Shown here: piece after piece, positions 30,884-40,038 of the stretch
Layout: each line of letters begins with the position of its first letter
Position numbering within the stretch: position 1 is the stretch's first letter
DNA from: a virus
Taxonomy: Duplodnaviria; Caudoviricetes
Direction: 5' to 3' (one strand)
DNA length: 64,000 nucleotides
Virus record (IMG/VR): IMGVR_UViG_2690315780_000002
Location: 2,229 to 66,228 of that record
Translations under genes and position numbers: made by a program
Notes under the pieces: model-generated
What the model saw: only the letters and a program-made list of their open reading frames with translations
Told to the model about the DNA's origin: nothing
Databases searched by the model: none

Positions 30884-31255
30884 TTAGCCACCTAAATGAC
30901 CAAAAGTCTCTATTATTTTTGGAATTGCAGGGATGATTTGAGAAAAAACTACCGCACCAACCACCCATAGAATAATTTTGTTTGCAGATGAAGTTACATC
31001 TTCTTTTTTAGCGTAGTTTGATTTAATGACTGCCATATCAGTTTTAAGTGTTGCGATATCTGATTTTGCTGTATTTATGTCGGCTTTTATATCAACAAGA
31101 GTAGTTTTGATATCACTGACATTATGCTCTAATTTAACTATTCGCATCTCCATATCACCACCTCCGCCACTGCCACCATCATAGTGACCACCTCTACCTC
31201 TATCAGTCCACTGTGGAAGAAGAGGATCTATTACATTACTCCCCTTCATCTTCAC
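30884..31255 (-). CDS. Coiled-coil protein with C-terminal TM (XhlA-like)
   Basis: GGGGGDMEMRIVKLE heptads, then IILWVVGAVVFSQII. Confidence 0.65.
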   Translation of the reverse strand: MKMKGSNVIDPLLPQWTDRGRGGHYDGGSGGGGDMEMRIVKLEHNVSDIKTTLVDIKADINTAKSDIATLKTDMAVIKSNYAKKEDVTSSANKIILWVVGAVVFSQIIPAIPKIIETFGHLGG

Positions 31256-31580
31256 GCTCCTTTCTTTGCTTGGTTAGCCAGTCACTAACAGGCCATGCAT
31301 TAAAGTAGGTCTCATGACCACAGTTTCTGCATATAAATCTGTATTTATAATTAGTGATCCAATATTTGTTTTTATATGAAACCTCTTCTGTATCTATTGG
31401 GATTAAATAAGGCTCTTCACCATTGTCAGATACATTTGGGATCGCCATTTTTGTATTCCCACACACCTGACACTTAACTTCATCCACGCCAACGTGTTTA
31501 AGGTAATTTAAAAAAGTTTCTTCCGTCACCATCTTAAACAGATTATATAACTTTCTATCATTGTCTTGTTCTTCGCTCAC
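31236..31580 (-). CDS. Zn-ribbon hypothetical protein
   Basis: CQVCG and CRNCG pairs; overlaps mnt stop codon. Confidence 0.7.
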   Translation of the reverse strand: MSEEQDNDRKLYNLFKMVTEETFLNYLKHVGVDEVKCQVCGNTKMAIPNVSDNGEEPYLIPIDTEEVSYKNKYWITNYKYRFICRNCGHETYFNAWPVSDWLTKQRKEREDEGE

Positions 31581-31834
31581 TTTTCACCCCCTTGTATCTT
31601 CTTAATAGTTTCCATGAACAATTCTTTGAACTTTTCAGGATCAAGCTGTGATAGCTCGTTTAAGTTTTTGGGGGTGCTATCCTCATCCACGGCAGACTGA
31701 AGAATCATAACCATTTCAGCATTAAGAGATCGCCCGTTCTTACTTGCCCTTTGCATTAACTTTTCTTTCAGAGTATCAGGCATTCTAAGGCTATAAGGCG
31801 TTATATCTCTTATTCGCGTATTTTTTTGTGACAT
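31577..31834 (-). CDS. mnt: Mnt-like ribbon-helix-helix repressor
   Basis: PYSLRMPDTLKE..NGRSLNAEMVMIL; divergent from arc-ant as in P22 immI. Confidence 0.75.
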   Translation of the reverse strand: MSQKNTRIRDITPYSLRMPDTLKEKLMQRASKNGRSLNAEMVMILQSAVDEDSTPKNLNELSQLDPEKFKELFMETIKKIQGGEK

Positions 31835-31852
31835 ACAACCACCAGTAAAGTC

Positions 31853-31924
31853 ATTGTGATATCACAATATAGTCAATTATTCGTTGACTATATAGATTCA
31901 CGTTGATATCTTTGTGATGTCACA
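31853..31924. promoter_or_regulatory. immI control region with palindromic operators
   Basis: Perfect palindrome ATTGTGATATCACAAT (31853-31868), related TGTGATGTCACA (31913-31924), and TATAGTCAA..TTGACTATA inverted repeat. Confidence 0.65.
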
Positions 31925-31947
31925 TAGACACATAAAAGGATGAAGAT

Positions 31948-32109
31948 ATGAATACCAATAAAAAAACAGGAAAATTTCAACTCAGATTAACAGAGGTGTT
32001 AAAAAGTAAAGTGGTAGAACTCTCAGCGAAAGATGGCATTTCGCAAAACTCAATAGTTAATCAAGCGATAGCTTGGTATGTGAAAGAAAGAGAAAAACGT
32101 GTCAACTAA
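31948..32109 (+). CDS. arc: Arc-like RHH repressor (53 aa, missed by ORF track)
   Basis: MNTNKKTGKFQLRLTEVLKSKV..DGISQNSIVNQAIAWY; directly upstream of ant. Confidence 0.75.
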   Translation: MNTNKKTGKFQLRLTEVLKSKVVELSAKDGISQNSIVNQAIAWYVKEREKRVN

Positions 32110-32180
32110 AACAGCGAAGCCCCAACTATTTGCGGTAGCTAGGGCTTCTAATTTGTCAGAAACTACGGAGTAACCGACAT
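32110..32180 (-). ncRNA. sar: Sar-like antisense RNA to ant
   Basis: GAAGCCCCAACTA..TAGCTAGGGCTTC hairpin between arc and ant resembles P22 sar; ends approximate. Confidence 0.55.
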
Positions 32181-32988
32181 GACTAGTGTATCAACAATTA
32201 ACGTACCTTTCCACGGTAACAACCTGTATGTAGTAAATTTCAACGGCGAACCATATGTACCAATGAAGCCAATAGTTGAAGGCATGGGGTTAACTTGGCA
32301 ATCTCAATTTGAAAAGCTAAAACAAAGGTTTAGTAAAGGGATCACGGAAATCGTGATACCCTCAAAAGGCGGTGAGCAATCAATGCTTTGCCTAGCTCTC
32401 CGTAAACTTGCAGGCTGGCTTCACACTATCAGCCCTAACAAAGTCAAACCAGAGATCCGCGATAAAGTAATCAAGTATCAAGAAGAGTGTGATGATGTAC
32501 TTTACGAATACTGGACTACCGGTGAAGTTAAGAAAAAACACAAATCAACTGTTCAAGAACGCAACCCATTAAAGAATGCTGTTAATTTACTGGTCAGCAA
32601 GAAAGGCATTATGTATCCAGAAGCCTATTCTCTTGTTCACCAGAAATTCAATGTTAGTAGCATTGAAGAATTAACAGCAGATCAGATACCCGATGCGGTT
32701 GAGTATATTCACAAATTTGTACTTGAAGGTGAATACATTCCTAAAGACACCCCACGCGAAGTTGCTCAAGAGAAAACTAATCATGATCTTGATGCACATA
32801 ATATAAAAGCTCTATTGAATCACTACGAGGCGATTTATACGACTTGGAAAGTTGAATTATATCCAGCGTTACGCAGTGTTGATTCACCTATTGCTGGTCG
32901 TTTATATGACAGATTCACTGATGGTTATGCATTTTTAATGCTTCTGCATCACAGTATCACTGGTAAGCATCCAGTATTAACAAAATAA
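32179..32988 (+). CDS. ant: Antirepressor (P22 Ant N-terminal domain)
   Basis: VPFHG..PYVPMKPIVEGMGL..WLHTISPNKVKPEIRDKVIKYQEECDDVLYEYW. Confidence 0.9.
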   Translation: MTSVSTINVPFHGNNLYVVNFNGEPYVPMKPIVEGMGLTWQSQFEKLKQRFSKGITEIVIPSKGGEQSMLCLALRKLAGWLHTISPNKVKPEIRDKVIKYQEECDDVLYEYWTTGEVKKKHKSTVQERNPLKNAVNLLVSKKGIMYPEAYSLVHQKFNVSSIEELTADQIPDAVEYIHKFVLEGEYIPKDTPREVAQEKTNHDLDAHNIKALLNHYEAIYTTWKVELYPALRSVDSPIAGRLYDRFTDGYAFLMLLHHSITGKHPVLTK

Positions 32989-33012
32989 CCAGTAGGGCAC
33001 GGATGCCCTTGT

Positions 33013-33702
33013 TTACTTTCTCTTCTTACTCACCAATCGACGCTTACCACTGATCAGTTCATCATTCCGTTTATCATCTTGTTTCATGATGTTGTCATAT
33101 TCTTCTTTAGTGAAGCCTTTTTCATCAGGGTATTTAGCTTTAAGCATCATCTGAAATTCAGTCATAGTTAACTTTTCGGCTTCCTCTCGATTCATACCAA
33201 AGTGCGCACGAGCAGAGCTGATGTAGTCAATTGCCATAAACTCATCTGAGAATTCGTTTTTGCCTTCATTACGTTGAAGTTTACGGATCTTCGCTTTACC
33301 GATAATTCCGTGAGTGAATAATTCTCGAGCAATGACGATAATGTCAGCGATTGGCATCTTGCCGTTTTTATAGACAATACCGCGTTTACCCGATCTCCAT
33401 TCGCCAATAATTTCTGAACAATCATCATCACAACACGCCTGCATCACTATCATTGCAGTTTGTAGGATATTGCGTCCGTATGTTGGCTTGCTAATGGCTT
33501 TTATTAACCACTCAGGAATAACCCTGTAGCTCATTACGGCGCGTGCAATTAACTCTTGCACCTCTGCGCCATTTAATTGACCGTAGGCTTTCACAATCTG
33601 TTTAGGCTCACCTATTTTTGTCATATTGATGAACGATGGTCTAAATAAGTAATCCTTATCAGTAGAGATAACCATCTCCCCGATTTCTAAAATAGGTGTC
33701 AT
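33013..33702 (-). CDS. Tail assembly chaperone (DUF6246-like)
   Basis: After the tail tube; EIGEM..FRPSF, LTMTEF. Confidence 0.7.
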   Translation of the reverse strand: MTPILEIGEMVISTDKDYLFRPSFINMTKIGEPKQIVKAYGQLNGAEVQELIARAVMSYRVIPEWLIKAISKPTYGRNILQTAMIVMQACCDDDCSEIIGEWRSGKRGIVYKNGKMPIADIIVIARELFTHGIIGKAKIRKLQRNEGKNEFSDEFMAIDYISSARAHFGMNREEAEKLTMTEFQMMLKAKYPDEKGFTKEEYDNIMKQDDKRNDELISGKRRLVSKKRK

Positions 33703-33751
33703 AATCCCTCCTGAATATTATCAAGGGCACTCGAAAGCACCCTTTGTAATA

Positions 33752-34507
33752 TTAAGCAGCGGTAACATTGACCACGCATTTTGCAGTTTTACTACCATCT
33801 TCAGATGTGACAGTGATATTTGCAGTACCTTCAGCAACACCACGTACAGTGACCACATTCACAAGCTGGGTAACTGTTGCAAAGTTCGGCTTATCGCTTA
33901 CGGCAGTATAGTTTTTGTTCGTCGCATCGGTTGGGGTAAATTTGACAGTAAATGTCTTGGTTTCACCCACTTTTACAGACAGAGTGGCTGGCTCTACCGA
34001 GACACTTTCAACAACAACTTCTTCTTGCAACCACTCAACGGTGTCTGAGTCATAGACTTTCAATTCACCTGAGTAAGTGGAAATTTCTTTTGTTGGAAAC
34101 TCCATTGACCAAGATGTGAAAGCCATATATCCCTGAACAACATCAGAACCATCGCCTTTCATATCGAGTTGAACCCAATATGTTGGCTGGCGACTTGCTT
34201 TGATTTCATCAAGGATTTCTTTAGCAATATCAAATGCGGAAGTAGAGCCGGTTACACCAGCTTTCTTTAATTCACCATCAAAACTAATGGTAAAGTCAGC
34301 GCCAGTAACAATTGATTCAGTTAAACCTTTAGTGTCATCAGCGTTAGATGTCACCGTCTCCATGCCGAAATCGAATGACTTGCTTGTTAGCGCACCTAGG
34401 CGTAGGAATTGATCTTGAGTTGGTACTTGGTCAGGGCAGCCTTTTGCAATGCGCAGAATACCTGCGTTACCCATCACTAGGCCTTTATCATCAGGGCATT
34501 GTGCCAT
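33752..34507 (-). CDS. Major tail protein with C-terminal Ig-like (Big_2) domain
   Basis: VESVSVEPATLSVKVGET..TPTDATNK..GTANITVTSEDG. Confidence 0.85.
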   Translation of the reverse strand: MAQCPDDKGLVMGNAGILRIAKGCPDQVPTQDQFLRLGALTSKSFDFGMETVTSNADDTKGLTESIVTGADFTISFDGELKKAGVTGSTSAFDIAKEILDEIKASRQPTYWVQLDMKGDGSDVVQGYMAFTSWSMEFPTKEISTYSGELKVYDSDTVEWLQEEVVVESVSVEPATLSVKVGETKTFTVKFTPTDATNKNYTAVSDKPNFATVTQLVNVVTVRGVAEGTANITVTSEDGSKTAKCVVNVTAA

Positions 34508-34571
34508 GTTATAACCTCTTTATTTGCAAATAAAAAAGGCCGCATAAGCGACCTGTTGAGATGTGTTTAAT

Positions 34572-34940
34572 TTAAGATGTACAGCGGAAAGAAAGCTTAA
34601 GGATAAACCGGCCTTCTTCTGTCGGGATAGGTCTTGGTAGACCGCCTAAGTTGTAGATTGAATTGAGTTCGCAATCTAACGAGTTGTTAGCAACGTAATT
34701 TAGAATTTCATTAGCTCTTATCACTGTTGGATCAGGGTCTTTCCATGCAGACACAAGAATAAGTACCACGAAATCATCAGCACCTAAATCAGCAAATCGA
34801 CCGCTACTATCATCCGGTTGAATAACTGCGTATTGCTGGTGTCTTGTATCTTCTTCTTCGTCCCACGCAAACCTTTGAACAATGAAACCATCGAGCAGAT
34901 TACCTCTGTTTAAGTAGCGCTCAAACTTCTCATGTATCAT
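34572..34940 (-). CDS. Tail terminator protein
   Basis: Position; PIPTEEGR motif. Confidence 0.65.
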   Translation of the reverse strand: MIHEKFERYLNRGNLLDGFIVQRFAWDEEEDTRHQQYAVIQPDDSSGRFADLGADDFVVLILVSAWKDPDPTVIRANEILNYVANNSLDCELNSIYNLGGLPRPIPTEEGRFILKLSFRCTS

Positions 34941-35305
34941 ATTTGAAGCTCCCGTCTCACTGCATCATCAATAGCCTTGCGTTCATCTTCAAAACCACGA
35001 GACAAGAACTCTTTACGAGCACTTGAGCGCCTGAAGTTTTGCTTGATTCTAGGATCATGAACATAAACCGCGTAGTTTGCTGTATATCCGACGCGACCGG
35101 TTACTCTAGTGCCATTAACAGTGACTTCCCTGAATTGGGAGTTGATAAGTGTTGATGTATCAATAGGTGTGTATATAGCCGCCTGAGCACTACCAATCAA
35201 TAAAGCCGATTGGATAGCTCTCATAACTCTCTTACCCTGTATATCACCAACAAGTGCTCTAAGGTTTGCGTTAGCCTGAGAAATACCCCTTACTTTTGCA
35301 CCCAT
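34937..35305 (-). CDS. Neck/tail completion protein (gp10-like)
   Basis: TPIDTSTLINS..YAVYVHD..KEFL. Confidence 0.7.
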   Translation of the reverse strand: MGAKVRGISQANANLRALVGDIQGKRVMRAIQSALLIGSAQAAIYTPIDTSTLINSQFREVTVNGTRVTGRVGYTANYAVYVHDPRIKQNFRRSSARKEFLSRGFEDERKAIDDAVRRELQI

Positions 35306-35306
35306 A

Positions 35307-35648
35307 TCACACCGCCGTTATCAGAGTGTAGTCATCTGCGATATGCTCGAATAAATCCTCATCACGTTTGATGAATTTGATTTCGTCAGCACCAGCAGAT
35401 AACGGATCACCAGTGTGCTTGCCGATAGCGATAAAATCACCTTTTTTAGCATCTGCATATTCAGTCCAGAAAACTAACTTGATGGTGATTTCAGAGCCAA
35501 TATCTAACTTTCCAGATTTAAGCTCACTGCCGTAACCACAAAGAAAATGAGCCGGCTCAGAGAATACTGGCTTACCATTTTTGTCTTTCTTTGCTTTCCA
35601 TAAAGTAGCCCACGAGGTGTAAGACCAATTTGCAACTGAACTCATCAC
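35307..35648 (-). CDS. Head-tail joining protein
   Basis: Position; SSVANWSYT. Confidence 0.6.
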   Translation of the reverse strand: MMSSVANWSYTSWATLWKAKKDKNGKPVFSEPAHFLCGYGSELKSGKLDIGSEITIKLVFWTEYADAKKGDFIAIGKHTGDPLSAGADEIKFIKRDEDLFEHIADDYTLITAV

Positions 35649-36043
35649 GCCCCCCTACACATACAGCCACCTTTCGCTATCCACAAACCAGCGTGAGCAG
35701 TTTGAGTTGGATCGGTTGGTATTAAACCATTTGCACAACCGTACTTATCCAAACCACGCAGTAGGGATGCAGCCGCTTTCCATCTATCACCGAACGATTG
35801 ATATCTAAATGAGCGTGATGCGCCATTAGTTCCTGTTTGTGAGCTGATATACTTATCGCCTTGACCAAGTGCTATGAGTGAAAGCAGATACATCTGGATT
35901 AATAGCACCGTTGCTGATGGATAGTGTTTATCAAGGCATTCTTGAATACTGCCTACCTGCTCAATAAGTGCATCTAGAATAAAATCAGGTAATTCTATTC
36001 CCTGCCCTGTCAGGTACTCTTTGGCTTGCTCTTTTGTGATCAT
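35645..36043 (-). CDS. Head-tail adaptor
   Basis: Start MITKEQ after GAGG; YISSQT..GASRSF. Confidence 0.6.
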   Translation of the reverse strand: MITKEQAKEYLTGQGIELPDFILDALIEQVGSIQECLDKHYPSATVLLIQMYLLSLIALGQGDKYISSQTGTNGASRSFRYQSFGDRWKAAASLLRGLDKYGCANGLIPTDPTQTAHAGLWIAKGGCMCRGA

Positions 36044-36099
36044 AATTACCTCACAAAGCAAAGCCCCCTTTCGAGGGCATAAAAAAACCGCTTTCGCGG

Positions 36100-36273
36100 C
36101 TATTCGTCTTTATCTTTTTTAGACTTAGCTTTTGGTGTGGCGGGAACCAACTCAGCGGCATCATTAGATAATACTCTAACATTAGCCTTAAAGGCTGGAT
36201 GAAGATTTTCTAACTCAACCACCTGACCTTTTTCGACACCATGCCAAGGGATGATAACCTCGTACTTTGTCAT
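36100..36273 (-). CDS. Small protein after the capsid gene (57 aa, missed by ORF track)
   Basis: MTKYEVIIPWHGVEKGQVVEL...KDKDE*, AAGGA RBS. Confidence 0.7.
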   Translation of the reverse strand: MTKYEVIIPWHGVEKGQVVELENLHPAFKANVRVLSNDAAELVPATPKAKSKKDKDE

Positions 36274-36282
36274 TGCAGATCC

Positions 36283-37377
36283 TTAGCTCAGTTTAGCACC
36301 GTAAACCACACCAGACTTGCCGTCACCGTCACGAGTAATTTGCAGACCTGCTGCACTCATGATTTGGAAGTTATAGTTTTCCTGTGGCATAAAGCGAGGC
36401 TTAGGAACAACACCTGTTGCCATACCAACTAACGGCGTCACTACATCTTTACGGCGTTGATAAGCGATAAATTCAGAGCCTTTAAGTGCATAAGTAGGAC
36501 GAATTTCTTTCACGCCAGCATATGGTAGTAATGTATCGATAATGCGACCATTTACCACGCTGTTACCTGCACCAGCACCAACAGAAACAACCACAGGCTT
36601 GATTAAGTTACCCCATGCTTCGTAACTCACCCACATAACATCGTAAGCGTCCACTTTGTTGTTGAATGCAGTCTGACCGAACGCACCACCAAAACCAAAG
36701 AACGCTAACAATGCAGGTAAATCAGCAGTAGTTAAATCGATATTAGCACCAGAAGCACCTAAGTCGATTTTCGCTGTGTTGCGGTGATTTTTAAGGCCCT
36801 GGCCTTTATAACCTTCCACGCTAATAGATGCGTCACCATTTAAGAAATAGTTAACTACTTTCTTATTGTATTGACGCATTTTTGCAGTTTGAGAATCAAG
36901 AACAAGGTCAATACCAACTGTGCTTAAACCCGCCGCATGACGCCAGTTAACACCAAAGCCAGCGGTAAATACTGGGATTGGGTCGCCGTCAGAACCATAA
37001 TCAGTATGATCATGAGAGTATGGCGCTTGACCATCAATGCTGATTGATACGTCATCAGCAATGTCACCAACCACGTTATACAGTTTCGCTGTTTTGCCAA
37101 TTGGTAACACTGTTTGCAGGCCCATTAAATCATTGACGATTTCCATGCCTGTTTCTTGGTCGCGCAACTGAATAATGTTGTTATCAACTTCTTTCCAAAA
37201 GTCCTTAGAGAAACCGCCTGACTGGTTTGCTGCTAAAGTCTCACCATCCATAACGCTTTGATATTGGTTAATCATCAGGTTGTGTTGCGTGTTATAAATA
37301 TTACGTGTAGCCCATAGGCTATCCCACTGGCGTTGCAGTCGGCTATTTGTTGCTAAAGTTTCAGCAGTATAAAACAT
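36283..37377 (-). CDS. Major capsid protein (prophage 2)
   Basis: 364 aa, follows decoration gene, terminators downstream. Confidence 0.8.
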   Translation of the reverse strand: MFYTAETLATNSRLQRQWDSLWATRNIYNTQHNLMINQYQSVMDGETLAANQSGGFSKDFWKEVDNNIIQLRDQETGMEIVNDLMGLQTVLPIGKTAKLYNVVGDIADDVSISIDGQAPYSHDHTDYGSDGDPIPVFTAGFGVNWRHAAGLSTVGIDLVLDSQTAKMRQYNKKVVNYFLNGDASISVEGYKGQGLKNHRNTAKIDLGASGANIDLTTADLPALLAFFGFGGAFGQTAFNNKVDAYDVMWVSYEAWGNLIKPVVVSVGAGAGNSVVNGRIIDTLLPYAGVKEIRPTYALKGSEFIAYQRRKDVVTPLVGMATGVVPKPRFMPQENYNFQIMSAAGLQITRDGDGKSGVVYGAKLS

Positions 37378-37393
37378 AGTTTTTTCCTTTTAA

Positions 37394-37831
37394 TTACGCA
37401 GCAGCCACAGTGCCAACACGAAAGCGAACACGAATGAAATCATCAGCTTTTAGCGTCACTTCATCCTGAGAGTAGCCAATTACTGATTCCGTATCAGCGG
37501 ATGCAAGAGCGCCTTTACCACTCGCGCCAAGCTTGATCGGTGAGTCTTTTTTATAAGTTCCAGCAGGAACCAATACAGCCAGCTCTCGACCTTCTTCTAC
37601 ATACTCACCAACTAGAGAATCACCAACCGGAACACCATCACGAATAGATAGCCCTTGGTGATATGCTGGATTGGCTACATAAATGCGACCGGATAATGCG
37701 GTGGCTTGAGCGAACTCATTGTCTGCGTTAATAACAACAAAAGTGCCCGGAAGTGTAACTGCTTTTGCTGCGCGAGTTTCTGTGATTGATTTGCCGTCAA
37801 GGTTTACACGGCGATAGCGACTAGTAGCCAT
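37394..37831 (-). CDS. Head decoration protein
   Basis: 145 aa between protease/scaffold and capsid. Confidence 0.65.
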   Translation of the reverse strand: MATSRYRRVNLDGKSITETRAAKAVTLPGTFVVINADNEFAQATALSGRIYVANPAYHQGLSIRDGVPVGDSLVGEYVEEGRELAVLVPAGTYKKDSPIKLGASGKGALASADTESVIGYSQDEVTLKADDFIRVRFRVGTVAAA

Positions 37832-39105
37832 TATTTAGCACCTCCAAAGTATGCTGCTGGATCTGGTGCTCCAGTTTGCTCTTGCTGTGCGCCTGAGTTG
37901 CCAGCCAAACTTGCTGCGTCACCAATTTGTTTATGCATATCGATCAGCGCCTGACCTTGCAGTGAGTTTGCAACCACTTCACCGTATTTTTCGGCAACGG
38001 CTTTACGCATTTCTGTTTCTTCTGCGCGTTGGTTTGCAGTTAAAGTTTCTTTTAACTGATCTTGATTGGCTTGCAACGTATCAATTTTTGACGTAATGCC
38101 TTCCAATGCTTTTGTTACGTTCGCAGCAATTTGATTGCCGATTTCTGAATAAAGCTCTGTTTTTTCTTCTTGAGTTAAAGGCATGTCGCCCTCCGTGCTG
38201 TTATTGATTGCAGGGCTTGCCTGCGGTTTACTGAAAGCTGATTTAAGTTTGTTTGTTACAACCTTCACCCATGACTCTTGTCGCTCAACTTCTACGCCTT
38301 GCGCATCAAAGGTGATGTTGCCATTTTCATTTGTGTAGGAATGTAGCTTTGCATTTCCGCCATCGATAACGATTACTGCATGAGTGTCTGTGAAGTCCGA
38401 TATCCACACATAACCATCACCAGAAACAAACTGTTTCTTTGCGGCCATTTCAAGTCGATGAGATTTTTCACGATAAGTTTCACCAACTAGAGCGCCACTG
38501 TTAGTTTTAACCTCTGTGGCTTGGTCAGCATTAACCATCATTCCAACACCTTGAGTTGGTGTTGCGGCTCCTGATTCATAAAGCAGAATTGCGTCATGAT
38601 CCATGCTGTGTATCTTTGCAATCCAGTTATAGCCCTGCGCTTTCTGTTCTTCGCTTGCTTCAATCTGCTCAAGAAAGACAGCAACGCTCGTATGAATTGG
38701 CTCTGAACTTTCACCACTTTCAATCGCTTCGACGCGCTGAAGAACTTCTTTACCGCCTTCTGACTCTTTGGCCTTATCTACATCTATCCACTTTTCTAAA
38801 TAGATGCGATTACCGACCTTAGAGACATTTCTGTTTGCTGCGCCGATATACCCAACATTAAGACCCTCGAAAGAAAGCGCTGATACAAACTGACCATCAA
38901 GCGTAGGATGCCCTAAAGGTGCAGGAGTGCCTTCCAACTCTCGGTAATGAGCGTCAATCTCACTTGCTGGATATAAGCCGCCATTCATAATGACGTTTGC
39001 AGGAAGCGTGTAGCTTGGGATAATAATGTGTTCACGACCATTGTATGTTTCACGCCGAATAGAGGCGCTATTAACTTTTGTCGTGACGTTTACTTGAATT
39101 GGCAT
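37831..39105 (-). CDS. Prohead protease/scaffold
   Basis: PLGHP, DHDAILL..GAATP; helical C-terminus. Confidence 0.7.
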   Translation of the reverse strand: MPIQVNVTTKVNSASIRRETYNGREHIIIPSYTLPANVIMNGGLYPASEIDAHYRELEGTPAPLGHPTLDGQFVSALSFEGLNVGYIGAANRNVSKVGNRIYLEKWIDVDKAKESEGGKEVLQRVEAIESGESSEPIHTSVAVFLEQIEASEEQKAQGYNWIAKIHSMDHDAILLYESGAATPTQGVGMMVNADQATEVKTNSGALVGETYREKSHRLEMAAKKQFVSGDGYVWISDFTDTHAVIVIDGGNAKLHSYTNENGNITFDAQGVEVERQESWVKVVTNKLKSAFSKPQASPAINNSTEGDMPLTQEEKTELYSEIGNQIAANVTKALEGITSKIDTLQANQDQLKETLTANQRAEETEMRKAVAEKYGEVVANSLQGQALIDMHKQIGDAASLAGNSGAQQEQTGAPDPAAYFGGAK

Positions 39106-39108
39106 CAG

Positions 39109-40038
39109 TTATTCCTCCGCCCATTGATAACCACGTTCTTTCATGGCTTCTTTTTCCTCTAGCAGTTTATTGATGAGAGTCTTGTTGTAAGGCTTGCCTT
39201 CTTTATCAACAAGAACGGTTACAGTTGAGCACTTGCAGTTAATTGAATTAGCATCACTAGCCCACCAATCACGTTGTTCATCAGACGTAAACATCTTCCC
39301 GTGCCTAGCGGCATGATTAGCTCTTGTTGTTGGGCTTAGTGCGGAGATATGAATTTCACGAGTTTCAAGGTTAAGCATTTCCTTGGCTTCGTCAGCTTCA
39401 TCTAATCGCGCCCTACGCAACGCACTTGTTATCTCTGTTCTGGCTATACGGTTAGCCCGTCGAGTTTCAATGCCAGCCTGATTAGTTAGGTTTCTCGCTA
39501 CTTCACGAGGATTTAACCCTCTCGCGATACCATCCGTAAGAATGCGAGCCATGTCAGTTTTAACCTGACCAGACAGCCCTTTCATCTCTTCGAACACACG
39601 AGCGCGAACTAGAGCCATTCTTAGTTGATATGGCTCACTCATCAGTATCGTTGCAATACTTTGTTGAGTAGCTGCGTAGACGGTTGATTGCTGTGCTAGG
39701 TTTGCGTACTGCTGCGCCGTTCCTCTTTCGTATGCTGTGATGACGTACTCGAGGAAAAGGAAGTTACCGAACTCGCCACCATTCAAAAGCACCTCATCAA
39801 CCATTAGCTCACCATCTCTCAACAGTATTGATAGATAGTTAGGGTCTAAATCGAATTGGTATTTTCTATTGACGATTGACTCAGATGGGATCCTGTTAAG
39901 AAGTTGAATATAGCCTTTTGATATTCTCCGAATGCGTTTCGCAAACTCTCTCATTGCGCCACGTTCTAGTTTGTCGACTGATGTTGGATCAGCTTTCGTT
40001 CCGGGTCTTATCGCCGTCCTTATCTTCTGTATCTTCAT
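39109..40038 (-). CDS. Head morphogenesis protein (SPP1 gp7 / Mu gpF)
   Basis: RANRIARTE..TTRANHAARHG..INCKC. Confidence 0.88.
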   Translation of the reverse strand: MKIQKIRTAIRPGTKADPTSVDKLERGAMREFAKRIRRISKGYIQLLNRIPSESIVNRKYQFDLDPNYLSILLRDGELMVDEVLLNGGEFGNFLFLEYVITAYERGTAQQYANLAQQSTVYAATQQSIATILMSEPYQLRMALVRARVFEEMKGLSGQVKTDMARILTDGIARGLNPREVARNLTNQAGIETRRANRIARTEITSALRRARLDEADEAKEMLNLETREIHISALSPTTRANHAARHGKMFTSDEQRDWWASDANSINCKCSTVTVLVDKEGKPYNKTLINKLLEEKEAMKERGYQWAEE

